46,220 nt of DNA from a virus. Lineage: Duplodnaviria > Caudoviricetes. Made by a program: the position numbers and the translations under genes. The stretch lies in IMG/VR virus record IMGVR_UViG_3300048998_000068, positions 1-46,220 of that record; one strand, given 5' to 3'. The notes under the pieces are model-generated. The model made no database searches. It had not been told where the DNA came from and saw only the letters and a program-made list of their open reading frames with translations. Each line of letters starts with the position of its first letter. Position 1 is the stretch's first letter. Positions 45,522-46,220 of this stretch are shown here, one piece after another.

Positions 45522-46220
45522 TTAAAAACCCGTCGACCTTTTAGGACTTTCGCAATTCGTTGAGAGTAAATGTGATTTGAAGTTGCCGGAGCCGCGGCCG
45601 GATTGCTTTCGTCGGAAAGTTTTAACCATCCTTTGTCTGCGCAAAAAGTATCAGTGGCGCGGAGATAAGAATCGAATTGCGGATCGCGGTTGTAAGATCC
45701 AGCATCTTTCCCGAAAGCGACCCACGCCGCAAAATTATAGACCGCCCCAAGCGTTCCGTAGGCTCCGCCATTCGCGCCGAAATAGTTAAAGCTGATCGCC
45801 GCGTTTGGATTAAAAAAGCAATTATTTACACTAGAAAAATCGGGATTAGCGTCGTTATAATCGGTGTCGCTGCCGTAAACCGCCGCAACGTAAAACCCTT
45901 CCTCCGCATTCCCGGCGGGATTGTAGGAACTTTTTGTGTCCTTAAAAACATTCTTCTGTACCACGAGCGTTCCAATCGTACCGGGTTTCCCCACGTCGTC
46001 ATAAGCCCCGGTAGAATCGTTCCAATTTCTGTTTGGTGTATAACCAAAAGGCGAGCCGCTTAATGTCGTATTATATTCGATCACCGTGCCGTCAAAACAG
46101 GAAGTCCCGCCATAGTCTTTAATCAAAAAAGCAGTATCGAGGCCGGTTCCGGTAATATTTTTATGGATCCAGGTATTTTTTGAATCAGATCCGATCGCTT
46201 CAAACTTCACATTCCAAACT
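45518..46220 (-). CDS. 3' part of the junction-spanning secreted beta-helix protein (starts at 1195)
   Basis: In frame with 1..1195 once the 26-bp overlap is collapsed; NNCF..and GSYNRDPQF beta-helix C-terminal motifs. Confidence 0.85.
   Translation of the reverse strand, partial: VWNVKFEAIGSDSKNTWIHKNITGTGLDTAFLIKDYGGTSCFDGTVIEYNTTLSGSPFGYTPNRNWNDSTGAYDDVGKPGTIGTLVVQKNVFKDTKSSYNPAGNAEEGFYVAAVYGSDTDYNDANPDFSSVNNCFFNPNAAISFNYFGANGGAYGTLGAVYNFAAWVAFGKDAGSYNRDPQFDSYLRATDTFCADKGWLKLSDESNPAAAPATSNHIYSQRIAKVLKGRRVFK
46195..46220. repeat. Terminal direct repeat, right copy
   Basis: Identical to 1-26. Confidence 0.95.

Overview
The window is an apparently complete, circularly assembled genome of a tailed dsDNA phage (siphovirus-like, HK97-type head). 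Bases 1-26 are identical to 46195-46220, giving a unit length of 46,194 bp, and one gene (TTG at 1195, minus strand) runs through the junction and is largely missed by the ORF track. The minus strand (31328 down to 1, then 46194 down to 42410) carries a Cro-like gene, a primase-polymerase/helicase, an iteron origin with a central DnaA box, RusA, HNH, terminase, portal, S49 protease, capsid, head-tail and tail genes, a lysis region and three signal-peptide-bearing adhesin-like genes. The plus strand (31398-42335) carries many small ORFans plus a Sak4-like ATPase, an SSB-like protein, a Cas4-like nuclease and an SF2 helicase. I see no integrase, CI repressor, tRNA or CRISPR array. The host is probably a diderm bacterium (inference from the lipoprotein-rich lysis region and transglycosylase endolysin). 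The most notable observations are: (1) an early gene carrying a protein-level copy of a 20-aa capsid delta-domain segment; (2) Sec-exported, Cys-rich fibre/adhesin-like late proteins, together with a shared N-terminal peptide on two unrelated virion-type proteins, suggesting a modular and possibly post-lysis appendage-docking system; (3) an orphan response-regulator receiver inside the lysis cassette; (4) a sheath-like domain inserted into the tail tube protein. All family assignments come from motif recognition and synteny, not from database searches.
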